64,000 nt of DNA from a virus. Below the pieces are notes generated by a model. The model was given only the letters and a program-made list of their open reading frames with translations. It was not told the origin of the DNA and did not search any database. The translations under genes were made by a program, and so were the position numbers. Position 1 is the first letter of the stretch, and every line of letters starts with the position of its first letter. Below, one piece after another: positions 1 to 10,202 of this stretch. Where the stretch lies: positions 118,778 to 182,777 of the IMG/VR virus record IMGVR_UViG_3300044695_008209; one strand, 5' to 3'.

Positions 1-2
1 CC

Positions 3-251
3 GGCGGGAAGTGGGTCGGGCACCAGGTCGGGCGCGTGGGTGGCGCGATGCAGCGGACAGCCTTCCAGGCGTCGAAGGGCGTCCCCACGCAGGGGCAGGC
101 CATGCTCCACGCCGCCGGACAGGGCGTGCGCAACCTGGGCAAGGGGATCGCGGCGAACCCGGGCACCGCAGCCGGCGTCGCCGGCGTTGGCCTCGCCGGT
201 ATGGGGGCCGCGGGAGTGGCCGGTCGGATGTCCGCCCCTCGCCAGCAGTAG
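3..251 (+). CDS. Partial (5'-truncated) protein ending in a Gly-rich hydrophobic helix; probable virion cargo-type protein
   Basis: Frame is open from the window edge; ends NPGTAAGVAGVGLAGMGAAGVAGRMSAPRQQ*, the same helix style as other cargo-type ORFs. Confidence 0.5.
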   Translation, partial: GGKWVGHQVGRVGGAMQRTAFQASKGVPTQGQAMLHAAGQGVRNLGKGIAANPGTAAGVAGVGLAGMGAAGVAGRMSAPRQQ

Positions 252-272
252 GTTCCGCCCACGAGGAAGATC

Positions 273-1445
273 ATGACGACCAAGAAGCAGGGGACGCATG
301 ACCTCCCGAACAAGGGCAAGTCCACGGGCGGGGGCGCGGGGACGCCTGCGCTCATCCAGGCGGGGCGGATCCTCGACGTCGACCCACTGAGGTGGACGTG
401 CGTCATCAAGACCGACGGCGGAGGCGACGTCTCGAGGACTTTCCGCGACGTTCCACTCGGCGGCATGTACCTGCACCCCCTCGGAGATGGCATCTTCGTG
501 ATGCCCGAGCCTGGTGCGCTGGTGTGGGTCTGCAAGCCGAGCGAGGGGGACGCGTCCGCGTTCATCGTCGCCTACCGGCCCTACCCGCGCAGGGACAACG
601 TCACCTCGACCGAGGCCAACAAGCCGACGACCACCAGCAATCGTCCGCGCCTCAGTCCCGGCGACTTGGCGTTTCTCGGACGAGACCAGAACGGGCTCTT
701 CGTGCGTCGAGGGCAGCTGACGGAGATCTTCGGAGGCCCGCTCGCACGGACGCTCTACCAGGGACGCACCGGCACGATCCACTCCTTCGCCCAGACGGTG
801 AAGCTCGACGTGTTCGGCGGCTCAGTCCGCTGGGACGTGGACCGCCCCGAGCTCGACCCGGACGGCCACCAGGGAACGCGCGTGGACCTGAAGGCGAAGG
901 AGTACGCGGACGACCGCGCCTACGTCTCCAGGATCCAGATCGGCAAGTTCGACGCCAACACCACCATCTCGGAGCCCGTCCTCCGCGTGCAGGTCTTCTC
1001 GAGTGGAGATGCGGAAGAGGCGTCGCTCGTCCAAGCAGCATCCCTCGCGGCGAACAAGGACGGCGAGGTCGAGCTCTCTACGACTGGGAACGTGACGGTC
1101 GACGTGGTGGTGGGCGGCGCGCCGGTCGCGTCCGTGCACGTCTCGAAGGACGGCACGATCGCGATCACGGGGACCGCGGCCGTCGCGGTTCAGGGGACTT
1201 CGGTGACCCTCATCGCAGGTAGCATGCAGATGGCTGTGGCCGGTGCCGGTGCCTCCGTCGGTGCCGAGGCCGGGGTCAAGACCAAGGTGTTGAAGGACCT
1301 GGCCTTCAGCACTGACGCCGCGGCTGCCTGGACCGAGGTCATGGCACTCTGTACCGCACTCGGACTGCCGAGCACGAACATCGCGAAGCATCTCGCCTCC
1401 CTGAGCGCAGCGGCCTACACCTCGACGGCGCTGGAGACTGAGTAG
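273..1445 (+). CDS. Baseplate central spike / gp5-GpV-like protein
   Basis: N-terminal OB-fold-like pattern (RILDVDPLRWTCVIK...DVPLGG...VMPEPGALVWV) followed by beta-helix-like repeats; lies upstream of tail-fibre genes. Confidence 0.65.
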   Translation: MTTKKQGTHDLPNKGKSTGGGAGTPALIQAGRILDVDPLRWTCVIKTDGGGDVSRTFRDVPLGGMYLHPLGDGIFVMPEPGALVWVCKPSEGDASAFIVAYRPYPRRDNVTSTEANKPTTTSNRPRLSPGDLAFLGRDQNGLFVRRGQLTEIFGGPLARTLYQGRTGTIHSFAQTVKLDVFGGSVRWDVDRPELDPDGHQGTRVDLKAKEYADDRAYVSRIQIGKFDANTTISEPVLRVQVFSSGDAEEASLVQAASLAANKDGEVELSTTGNVTVDVVVGGAPVASVHVSKDGTIAITGTAAVAVQGTSVTLIAGSMQMAVAGAGASVGAEAGVKTKVLKDLAFSTDAAAAWTEVMALCTALGLPSTNIAKHLASLSAAAYTSTALETE

Positions 1446-1973
1446 ATGCCCGGGCCGCACCTTCCATCCATCCGGCAGCGCGTACATCGACGCCTCAACC
1501 CGGGTCGACTGGCGCAGGACGGCTTGCCGGAACTCCTCGCTCAGGTGCTCTACGACGAGCTCCTCGAAAACCCGGGACCGCAGGGCGCCCCAGGTACCCC
1601 CGGTGCTCCAGGAGTAGCCGGTGACCCTGGACCACAGGGGGATCCTGGGCCTCAAGGGGACCCCGGGCCGCAAGGAGATCCTGGTACCCCCGGAGGGACT
1701 GACCCCGCGCTCGAGATGGAGCTGGCCTTCAAGGTGGCCAACGCGAGCAACTTCAAGAAGCCGACCTACAACCTTCAGGGGCAGCTGACGGTGGTGGACA
1801 TCTGGGAGACTCCGGCGATGCTGGTGAAGCTGTTCAGCAAGGCGCTGGCGTACACGGACGGGAAGCTGACCACGTCGACGCTGACACGCATCTCGGACGG
1901 CGCTACGCTTGTCCGGACGCTCACGTACGCTGCTGAGAAGTGGGACGGTACGACCTCGGTATACACCCCATGA
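1446..1973 (+). CDS. Collagen-repeat virion protein
   Basis: Contains 13 consecutive Gly-X-Y triplets. Confidence 0.7.
   Translation: MPGPHLPSIRQRVHRRLNPGRLAQDGLPELLAQVLYDELLENPGPQGAPGTPGAPGVAGDPGPQGDPGPQGDPGPQGDPGTPGGTDPALEMELAFKVANASNFKKPTYNLQGQLTVVDIWETPAMLVKLFSKALAYTDGKLTTSTLTRISDGATLVRTLTYAAEKWDGTTSVYTP
1575..1691 (+). repeat. Collagen-like (Gly-X-Y)13 coding repeat
   Basis: [39 protein letters not shown]. Confidence 0.9.
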
Positions 1974-1996
1974 CCTCGACGGGCTAAGGAGGGTCC

Positions 1997-4900
1997 GTGG
2001 CAACCTTCAACCTCGCCTCGGGCGGCACCACCTACTGGCACGACACGGCGTACACCACCCGCGCCGGCGGGGACACGTACAACCTGTCGCTGGGCTCGAT
2101 CCTCATCGTGGACGGGGACTGCCGCTTCGGACCGAACACCACGACGGCGACCGGCCCCCCAGGCGTCATCGACATCGCGGCGAACACGGGCGGCGAGTTC
2201 CGCATCGACGGAAGCGGCGTCCGCCTGATCCCGTACAAGACCGGCTCGGGCAACGTCCCGGCGCTGGACACGGCCATCACCATCGGCGGGGTGAGCGGGA
2301 AGCTGCTGGGGGTCTGGGCGACCATCGACGTGGCCCCGACGGCGGTTGGCGCGGGGATGCCCCCAACCGGCTTCATCAAGGTGCGCCAGGTCACCGGAGG
2401 CACCTACAAGGGCGGCACGCTGGGCGGCATCGGGGCCGTCGCGCTGGGCGACACGGGCGCGGCCCTGACGATCACCGTGGCGGCCGGCGCCAAGACCTTC
2501 ACGCGCGGCGCGGGCGACTTCATCGCGGACGGCATCAAGCTCGGCGACACGGTGGTCACCAGCGGCTTCACGAACGGGGGCAACAACGGCACCTTCGTCG
2601 TGACGACGATCACGACCACGGTGCTGACCTTCTCGGCGGCGACCGGGCTCGTGGACGAGACGGGCAACGGCAACGAACAGGTCATCTCCCAGACCGTGGA
2701 CATCGTTGGCTGGATCGACTTCTCGGCGGACGACAACGGGACGATCACGGTTCGCCGCCTCGGCACGTTCAAGACGCGCGGGGCCTGGTTCGAGCTGGGG
2801 AAGACCAGCGGGAACCGCAACCAGACGATGGCGCTGCCCTGCTCCGGGCAGACCGCGTTCTGGATCAGCGGGGTGTGGATCGAAACGGCGGTCGCAAGCG
2901 GGCTGTTCGAGTATTGGCCATGCCTGACGACGAACGCGAACGGCGGCTGGACTACCGCGAACCAGGGCACGGACGGACGCTCACGAGCGGTCATGTGCGA
3001 CGCGGCGAACAAGGTGATCCGCATCGGCGCCGACGCAGCGGCGACGAGCATCGGAGAGCTGCCGGGAGCGGGCCGACGGGTGGTGGTCCCCAACGTGTTC
3101 CTGATGACGAACACGACGGCGGCCCGCACCGTGGCGGTCATCCCCAACGCGACCCCGGCCACCCGCTTCGAGTTCTTCACGTCCGGCGGCGCCGTGATCG
3201 ACATGGAGTACACCGAGTGCAACTGGTGCGCGAACACGGCCGCCACCAGCTTGAACCAATGCTACTCGATCACGATGACGAACGTGACGTGGGGGGACGT
3301 GCTGTTCCTCGGCGAGTGCGCCACGCCGATCATCTGGAACAGCGGAGGCGTCAGCCCGATCAACCCGCAAGAGACGGCGGCGTTGATCGTCTCGTCGCAG
3401 TTCAACGGTGGCACGTTCACGGACTGCAAGTTCTGGCGTGGCGGCGCCATCGGAGCTGGCGAGTACAGCGTTTCGCTTGTCACCTGCACCGACCTGAACT
3501 TCGTGCGCTGCCGCTTTGGCCAGGCGACGCTGAACACGAACGCGACCGGCTACTCGCTGAACGTGAACTCCTGCGTGCGGACGACGTTCACGACGTGCTG
3601 GATCACGGGCGGCGCCCTGATCACGACCTGCTCGTTCACGACGTTCACGACCACGACGTACATCCAGCGGCACTCCGGCACGTCTGGGGCGACCCCGACG
3701 ATGCACGTCTGGACGGTCGCGGGGCGCTCCAGCGACACCTTCCTTGACGGCCTGGACTGGGGCGGGTTCACGAACGTCCACGCCTACGGCGGCCTCCTGT
3801 CCGTAGCGGCGAGCGACCGCACCGAGCTGCGAAACGTGGGGACGGCCGCCGCCCCGCTGACCCTGGGCTCGGCGAACCAGACTCGGTTCCTGCTCACCAC
3901 CGGCAGCGGCTGCGACGGCGTGACCCTCAAGCGGGTCTACACGGACAACGCCAACGGGCTCTACTCCACGACGAACGGCGACAAGAACATCCTCCTCCAG
4001 AACGTGTGGGCGGACGCCGCGGACAACTTCGGAGCCCAATGGTTGAGCTGCATCCAGAAGGGGTGCCGCGGCTTCGGCACAGTCGTCACGTCGTTCACGG
4101 CGTCCTACGACAACATCTTCTGGGACACGTTCAACGCGACCACGACAGGCAAGATCGGCATCCACTTCAACGAGGCGGTCGGTCCTGACGCCCCCTACGT
4201 CGCGCTCACGGGCACGGCGAAGTTCACGGCATCGGGCTTGATCTACATGCCGAACTCGGGCGACACGGCCACGTTCACGTTCCCCTACTACGTCATCGGG
4301 TACAACGGCTTCACCATCCTCGAGGAGACGCTGGCGAGCGCGAGCGGCACCATCAAGGACCGGATGCGCGTCCAGTACCAGATCGACAAGAACGACGGGG
4401 CCGGCTTCGGGAGCTACCACAACCTGCACTACAACCGGACGGGTGGCGGCGGGACCGTCGGCCAGTTCACGATCACGATGACGAACACCGTGGGCGTCGA
4501 GGTCGGGGACTACGTGTTCGGGACGAACGTGGGTGCGTCGGCCCGCGTGACCAGCGTGGACAACGGGACGACGGTGACGGTCAACGTCGCGAACGGCGGG
4601 GCAGTCTCGGGCACCCTGCGCTTCAACCAGCTCCCCTTCGAGGCGAGCGTCAGCCAGGCCAACGGGTTCAAGCTGAATCTCAAGATCACCTGCGAGACGA
4701 CGGACACCACGAACAACACGATCCACACGCTCCACGTCCAGGGCATCACGACGAACGACGCGAACGGCATCCAGCGTCAGTACCCGCTGGACGTGGTGAC
4801 GGTCACGCTGTCGAACCTCGTGGTTGGGAGCCGGTACAGCATCCTCCGGGCCGACGGCGTGACGCTGCTGGCGACGGGTACGGCCGCGAGCTCGACGGAG

Positions 4901-5062
4901 AAGCCGACGGTGACCTACCCAGGCGCCCCGGAGAACATCATCATCCGCGTCCGCAAGGGGTCGGCGGCGACCAAGTACTTCCCGTTCGAGACGCAGGCGC
5001 CCATCACCCGCTCCGGGGCCTCGGCGTTCATCTCCCAGACCCCCGACACCCTCGCAGCGTAG
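1997..5062 (+). CDS. Large tail fibre / receptor-binding-like protein
   Basis: 1021 aa, Thr/Gly/Asn-rich and beta-rich; RBS aggagg upstream of GTG; tail context. Confidence 0.6.
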   Translation: MATFNLASGGTTYWHDTAYTTRAGGDTYNLSLGSILIVDGDCRFGPNTTTATGPPGVIDIAANTGGEFRIDGSGVRLIPYKTGSGNVPALDTAITIGGVSGKLLGVWATIDVAPTAVGAGMPPTGFIKVRQVTGGTYKGGTLGGIGAVALGDTGAALTITVAAGAKTFTRGAGDFIADGIKLGDTVVTSGFTNGGNNGTFVVTTITTTVLTFSAATGLVDETGNGNEQVISQTVDIVGWIDFSADDNGTITVRRLGTFKTRGAWFELGKTSGNRNQTMALPCSGQTAFWISGVWIETAVASGLFEYWPCLTTNANGGWTTANQGTDGRSRAVMCDAANKVIRIGADAAATSIGELPGAGRRVVVPNVFLMTNTTAARTVAVIPNATPATRFEFFTSGGAVIDMEYTECNWCANTAATSLNQCYSITMTNVTWGDVLFLGECATPIIWNSGGVSPINPQETAALIVSSQFNGGTFTDCKFWRGGAIGAGEYSVSLVTCTDLNFVRCRFGQATLNTNATGYSLNVNSCVRTTFTTCWITGGALITTCSFTTFTTTTYIQRHSGTSGATPTMHVWTVAGRSSDTFLDGLDWGGFTNVHAYGGLLSVAASDRTELRNVGTAAAPLTLGSANQTRFLLTTGSGCDGVTLKRVYTDNANGLYSTTNGDKNILLQNVWADAADNFGAQWLSCIQKGCRGFGTVVTSFTASYDNIFWDTFNATTTGKIGIHFNEAVGPDAPYVALTGTAKFTASGLIYMPNSGDTATFTFPYYVIGYNGFTILEETLASASGTIKDRMRVQYQIDKNDGAGFGSYHNLHYNRTGGGGTVGQFTITMTNTVGVEVGDYVFGTNVGASARVTSVDNGTTVTVNVANGGAVSGTLRFNQLPFEASVSQANGFKLNLKITCETTDTTNNTIHTLHVQGITTNDANGIQRQYPLDVVTVTLSNLVVGSRYSILRADGVTLLATGTAASSTEKPTVTYPGAPENIIIRVRKGSAATKYFPFETQAPITRSGASAFISQTPDTLAA

Positions 5063-5070
5063 GAGCACCG

Positions 5071-5265
5071 ATGGACAAGCTCGCGATCCCCTTCGTCATC
5101 GTCTCCACCCCAGACGATGCGAACGAGCCCAACGTCGGAAGCGCGACATGCGGCTGCTGCGGCTGCGTGTTCCGCTACGACCTCGCGGCGCGCATCGGCG
5201 TCGAGCTCGTGGTCAACACCGAGAACCTCTACGCGCTCGCCTGCCCTGATGACTGCGCGGTATAG
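5071..5265 (+). CDS. Small Cys-rich hypothetical protein
   Basis: RBS aggag; 64 aa with CGCCGC and CPDDC; fills the gap between fibre genes. Confidence 0.5.
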   Translation: MDKLAIPFVIVSTPDDANEPNVGSATCGCCGCVFRYDLAARIGVELVVNTENLYALACPDDCAV

Positions 5266-5290
5266 TCCCACATCCTGACCGGAGCCTCCC

Positions 5291-7852
5291 ATGGGCATCG
5301 AAACCGACTTCCTCATCGACTACACGAACAAGCGCGTCTACCACAACGCGGGCTCGACGGTCTACACCGTGAACGCCCTGTACACGCTGCTCATGGACAC
5401 CTTCGATGAGATCGTCCAGATGGACGACACCGTGCCGATGTCGGCCCAGACGCCTACCGAGTACACGATGATCAACGGCTGGTTCATCGACGACGTGTCG
5501 GTGCAGTACCTGTCCGGTGGTGCCATCAAGACCTCCGGCTACCTCAACGCCATCCAGGTCGTGACGCTGGTGGCCGGCGGCTACGTCGGCGCCATCGGCT
5601 CGGACATCGGGAAGCTCGTCACCGACGACGGCGGGAACACCGGCAACCTCATCGCCTACGACAACGTCCTTCGGAAGTGGTGGATTCGCTGGGGCACGAC
5701 CGTGGCCGCGAGCAGCACCATGGCGATCACGGGCGGCACCGGCGCAGGCGTCACCATCGCCTCGGGATCGACCACCGGCGAGGACCTGTACGCGAACGCC
5801 TACACCCTTGGCACCATCGAGAGCTCCCCGGCGCCCCAGGTCTACGTCTACCAGAACAAGATTCGCGTCGCGGAGTGGTCCGCGCTCTCGAACTGGGACC
5901 CCGGCCAGATCGACGTGCTCCTCAAGGTGAAGGAGGCCGGCACCCTCATCGACGGCGGCCTGGCCACCGTGCTGGCCCGGCAGTCGGGCGACCTGTTCTC
6001 GCACTTCTCCATCGACCTCTCGGCCGGCGGTCGAAACGCCATCCCGCTGGGCACCTCGGACGACCTCAACGAGGACACCGGGGAGCACTACCTGCTCTAC
6101 GACGGGCAGACCTCGGCGTTCGTCAACGGCGAGCGCCTCAACGGGCAGACCTCGGGCGCCACCGCGGAGCTCGTGCTCGACACCGACAACGGCACCACGG
6201 GCATCCTCAAGCTGCGGAACGTGCGCGGAGTGTTCGCGAACGACGAGAACATCCGCTCTGGGGTGACCGTGCGTGCGGTGGCCAACGGGGTCGTCGGCGA
6301 CACGCTACTCACCTACGACGCCCAGAGCGCCAACTTCTCGTCCATGGCCCAGGTCCTCACCGGCTCCCTCTCGGGGGCGAAGCGCCTCCTTCGCGGGCAG
6401 CAGGACAACGGCGCAGCCGGCATCCTCGTCTGCTCCGTGAACGGCGCCGTGTTCGGCGTGAACCGGACCCCCTACTACAAGGCGTTCGTGGACAACGACG
6501 TGGTGAGCGGCGCCTCCGAAGGCTCCTGCACGCTCGACGCCGCGAGCACCACGCTCGTCGCCGGCTGGGACGACATCACGGTGGCCTTCGTCAACGGCAC
6601 CGTCACCCACGGCGGCACCACAGGAACCTTCGCCTCTGGCGAGCGGGTGACCTGGAGCGCGGGCGCACAGAGCGGCATCGTCCTCAAGGACGCGAGCGGC
6701 ACCCTCACCCTCGGGAACTGCACGAACACCGCGCTCAACGGCGTCACGGTCACCGGCGACAAGAGCGGGGCCACCTGCTCCCCCAACCAGAACCTCCAGT
6801 CCGCCCACACCATGACCAAGGCGTTCGAGCAGCAGAGCGCGAACCCCTACGACGTCATCGTGGAGTGCGGCGCGCTCTACAACGCCGGCCGCACGCTCGC
6901 CCAGGTCTACGAGTACCTCAAGTACCTGACCCACGACGGCCAGCTCTGGGACTTCTACACGGTCGTCGCTGGCGTCATCACCAAGGTCAAGGGCGAGAAC
7001 TACATCCAGGCGTACACGGGCTACTCGCCGGTCGTCACCGCTCCGTTCGGCACCTTCGCGGGCGGCAAGCTGTTCGGCGCCCAAGGCGTCTGGGTCGAGG
7101 GCATGGCGCTCTCGCAGAGCTACCAGGTCATCGACTCCAACGGCGTCGGGCAGGCCCCCTACGCGAGCGTCAACATCGTGGTCAGCTCGGTCGTCTCGGG
7201 TGACCGCGTGTCGGTGTTCCGCGCCAACGCCGGCGTCGTGGACGAGGCTGTGTTCACGAGCCACGCAGCCGACAACGACATCGGGGACGCGGACTTCATC
7301 ATCAACGCGGCCATCCCCATCGACACGCCGCCCGCCGGCGCCCTCCGGGTGGTCCACGGGACGACGAAGCAGCGGTATCGCTACTCGAGCTGGGCGACCT
7401 CGACCTTCACCCTGACCGCGGTGCCTGGCGGGACGGCGGACGCGGGCTCGACCGGGGCGACGTTGGAGGACGCGGCCAGCGACTTCGTGACCAACGTGCA
7501 GGTCGGCGACATGATCACGAACACCCAGACGGGCGAGTCTGGGATCGTCACCGCCATCGCCGATGCCACCCACCTGACCGCCGCTCTCCCCAGCAACTGG
7601 ACTGTCGGGGACACCTTCGTCATCAACAAGCTGACGGCGAACTACGACGGCACGACCAAGGCATACGCCCCGTTCGTCGATGAGCAGGCCGCTGGCACCT
7701 CGGTGTCCAAGACCGTGCTCTACGCCTCCAACCGGGATGTGCTGGTGCGCGTCCGCAAGAAGGGCATCCTCCCCTTCGAGAGCCCCGGCACCGTCACCTC
7801 CACCGGCCTGTCGGTGGCGGCCAACCGCACCACCGACGGCATCGTCACGTAG
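5291..7852 (+). CDS. Tail fibre / baseplate-associated structural protein
   Basis: 853 aa, beta-rich, with repeated F-x-x-GE-x-l-x-g modules; RBS ggag. Confidence 0.6.
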   Translation: MGIETDFLIDYTNKRVYHNAGSTVYTVNALYTLLMDTFDEIVQMDDTVPMSAQTPTEYTMINGWFIDDVSVQYLSGGAIKTSGYLNAIQVVTLVAGGYVGAIGSDIGKLVTDDGGNTGNLIAYDNVLRKWWIRWGTTVAASSTMAITGGTGAGVTIASGSTTGEDLYANAYTLGTIESSPAPQVYVYQNKIRVAEWSALSNWDPGQIDVLLKVKEAGTLIDGGLATVLARQSGDLFSHFSIDLSAGGRNAIPLGTSDDLNEDTGEHYLLYDGQTSAFVNGERLNGQTSGATAELVLDTDNGTTGILKLRNVRGVFANDENIRSGVTVRAVANGVVGDTLLTYDAQSANFSSMAQVLTGSLSGAKRLLRGQQDNGAAGILVCSVNGAVFGVNRTPYYKAFVDNDVVSGASEGSCTLDAASTTLVAGWDDITVAFVNGTVTHGGTTGTFASGERVTWSAGAQSGIVLKDASGTLTLGNCTNTALNGVTVTGDKSGATCSPNQNLQSAHTMTKAFEQQSANPYDVIVECGALYNAGRTLAQVYEYLKYLTHDGQLWDFYTVVAGVITKVKGENYIQAYTGYSPVVTAPFGTFAGGKLFGAQGVWVEGMALSQSYQVIDSNGVGQAPYASVNIVVSSVVSGDRVSVFRANAGVVDEAVFTSHAADNDIGDADFIINAAIPIDTPPAGALRVVHGTTKQRYRYSSWATSTFTLTAVPGGTADAGSTGATLEDAASDFVTNVQVGDMITNTQTGESGIVTAIADATHLTAALPSNWTVGDTFVINKLTANYDGTTKAYAPFVDEQAAGTSVSKTVLYASNRDVLVRVRKKGILPFESPGTVTSTGLSVAANRTTDGIVT

Positions 7853-7861
7853 GATCGGTGC

Positions 7862-8386
7862 ATGTCTGCGATCATCACCTTCGACAAGGCGAATCGGATC
7901 ATCGAGGTGGACACCGCTGTCCACCCGATTGTCTGCACCGTGCAGGAGCTGATCAACGCGATCCGCGACTACGAGGACGAGATCGTCAACATGGAGATCC
8001 CCAAGATCGCGAACGCGACGGGGAAGGACAACCTCGGCGGCGGGACCTACACCGGCATCACCCTGACCCTGCTGAACTGGACGATCAAGTTCGCGGACCA
8101 CCCGGGGCCCGACTACGTCCTGTCCAAGGTCTCAGACGGGAACCTACTGGCAGTCGACGGGAATGGGGACTCGATGCTCCCGTTCACCCCGTCGACCTTC
8201 ACGTCGATCCTGTACTCGACCGCCGTGTCCGTCGCCCTCTACGACGCCGGCGCATCCTCGAACCCGTGGTCGCTGCCCAAGGTCGACAACCAGGTTCCGG
8301 GGACGATGGGCGGCCGCGTGAAGGACCTCGAGGACGAGCTCGCCAAGGTCAAGTCCGACACAGCCCTGGTTCCTGCCCTCATCTGA
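7862..8386 (+). CDS. Hypothetical structural protein
   Basis: Same strand and tightly spaced; N-terminus (ITFDKANRIIEV) resembles that of ORF 5291 (FLIDYTNKRVY). Confidence 0.5.
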   Translation: MSAIITFDKANRIIEVDTAVHPIVCTVQELINAIRDYEDEIVNMEIPKIANATGKDNLGGGTYTGITLTLLNWTIKFADHPGPDYVLSKVSDGNLLAVDGNGDSMLPFTPSTFTSILYSTAVSVALYDAGASSNPWSLPKVDNQVPGTMGGRVKDLEDELAKVKSDTALVPALI

Positions 8387-8468
8387 CCTGCGGGAGGCGG
8401 CGGGCTTTCCGCCCTCATCGACGACAGCTTACCGTAGACCCCCCGCAGGAGTTATCCTTGCGCCTGGA

Positions 8469-10202
8469 GTGTTCTCCATGACCAGCTACCACGCTACCCA
8501 CGAGCCGCTCTTCCTGCGGGAGCGTGTCCCCTCGGACCTCTTCACCGAGAAGGTCGCCGCTGCGCTTTCTCGCGTGCCGGATGACGAGAAGAAGTGGCCG
8601 GCGCACGTGTTCTCGGAGCTCTGCAAGGAGTTCCCGTACATGACGCAGTACGACATCGAGATCGTCATCGACCGGATGGACCCCGAGGCCGGAGCCGCGC
8701 TCGGCTACGCGCAGGTCCAGAACAAGACGCAGAGCCGCCCCCAGGAAGCGGCCATGGCCGCCGGAAACGTGATCCGCGTCCCCATCATCATCAAGGACCG
8801 CCGCCTCCAGAAGTTCTACATCTTCGAGGCTGGTGGCCAGACCTATCCCATGGGCGAGAGCCGCATCCAGCAGGCGATGCTGAACCCTCTCGTCTTCGAC
8901 ACGGACGCCGCCCGCGTCCCGCAGTCGCCCGGACTCCTCGACCAGATCTACCCACCCGGGCAGCAGCGGACGGGTTTCGGCCGCGTGAGCGACCCGGTGT
9001 CGATGGGCCTCACGAAGCTCAACTCGGTCGGTCTCCGCGGGTTCCTCAAGCTGGCGCGGACCCCCGAGCTGGCGGACGCGTACGCGGGTCACTGGCAGGA
9101 GAGCGCGGTCTCCCGCCCGGGCATCAAGATGCCTCCCGCCCCGATGGCCCATGACACGCACGTTCCGACCCAGGCCAGCTCGTCCGTGGCTGGGCCTCGC
9201 GCAGCGCAGGTGCAGGCGGCCCCTCCGACTCGGGGCCCCGCAGTGCGGACCAACACACCGCCCGCCCCTTCCCCCGTCCCCGTGCACAAAGCGGCCCCTC
9301 CAGCCGCGAGTACGGCACCCACCGCGGTGCTGCAGAAGGCGCACGTGGCTCCCCGCGCAGAAACGACGGTGACCACCGCCGAGCGGGCAGCGACCGCGGC
9401 CACGCGCGCTGTCCCTGCCGCAGAGCAGGCAGCCGCGAAGACGACGGGCGGGCTCGCACGTCACCTCACGGGCCGCAATGCCCTGCTCGCCACGGGAGCC
9501 GTTGGGGCCGTGGCCGGCGGAGGGCTGCTCGCGCGCCACCTCCTGAAGGGGCGCAGCGCAGAGAAGGCGGCGGAGCACACGCCTGTCCCCGACCCCGGCG
9601 TCGTGGCGGCGTCTCTCCAACCGGTCCTGTCTGCACTGCTCGCGCTCCACCAGCTCTACTACTTCGCGCACTGGACCAGCCAGGGAGAGGCCGCGTACAG
9701 CGCGCACCAGCTGTTCACCCGGCTCTACGAAGGCGTGCAGGAGGACTTCGACAGCGTCGCCGAGCGCATCGTGGGCCACGGCGGGAACCAAGCGATGGAC
9801 CCCGCAGCTGTCTTCGCCGAGGCGTCCGCCCAGAGCGCACAGTGGATCGGGGAGGGGTCGAGCATCTTCGCGGCCGCCCTCGCTGCTGAGCAGGCCGTGC
9901 AGGAAGTGCTGATGAACGCGTACGGCACGATGGACCAGAGCGGCGGCCTCTCTCTCGGCATCGACGACATGCTCATGGCCATCGCCAGCAAGCACGAGAC
10001 CAACCAGTACCTGCTCAAGCAGCACGATCCGGGCGCCGCCCCGCAGGCCCAGCTGCAAGAGGCTGAGGTCGCGCCACAGCAGGTTGCGGCGCCCGCGGTA
10101 GAGCCCGCCGCGCCCCCTCCCGTGGCAGCTCCGGAGCCGACTCCCTCCCTGCCCCCCAAGACCGCCAGCCTCCGGGCCTTCCTCTCGAGGACTTCCACAT
10201 GA
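8469..10202 (+). CDS. K-x-A-delimited head polyprotein with a Gly-rich hydrophobic helix and a Dps/ferritin-like domain
   Basis: EKVAA, KLART, EKAAE and KTASL sites; Dps-like HW..G....H.LF..LY...QEDFDSVAER at about 9650-9780. Confidence 0.65.
   Translation: MFSMTSYHATHEPLFLRERVPSDLFTEKVAAALSRVPDDEKKWPAHVFSELCKEFPYMTQYDIEIVIDRMDPEAGAALGYAQVQNKTQSRPQEAAMAAGNVIRVPIIIKDRRLQKFYIFEAGGQTYPMGESRIQQAMLNPLVFDTDAARVPQSPGLLDQIYPPGQQRTGFGRVSDPVSMGLTKLNSVGLRGFLKLARTPELADAYAGHWQESAVSRPGIKMPPAPMAHDTHVPTQASSSVAGPRAAQVQAAPPTRGPAVRTNTPPAPSPVPVHKAAPPAASTAPTAVLQKAHVAPRAETTVTTAERAATAATRAVPAAEQAAAKTTGGLARHLTGRNALLATGAVGAVAGGGLLARHLLKGRSAEKAAEHTPVPDPGVVAASLQPVLSALLALHQLYYFAHWTSQGEAAYSAHQLFTRLYEGVQEDFDSVAERIVGHGGNQAMDPAAVFAEASAQSAQWIGEGSSIFAAALAAEQAVQEVLMNAYGTMDQSGGLSLGIDDMLMAIASKHETNQYLLKQHDPGAAPQAQLQEAEVAPQQVAAPAVEPAAPPPVAAPEPTPSLPPKTASLRAFLSRTST

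Noticed and set aside
1997-7852. Diversity-generating retroelement or invertible tail-fibre switch
   Set aside because: No reverse transcriptase, invertase, template/variable repeat pair or flanking inverted repeats were seen.
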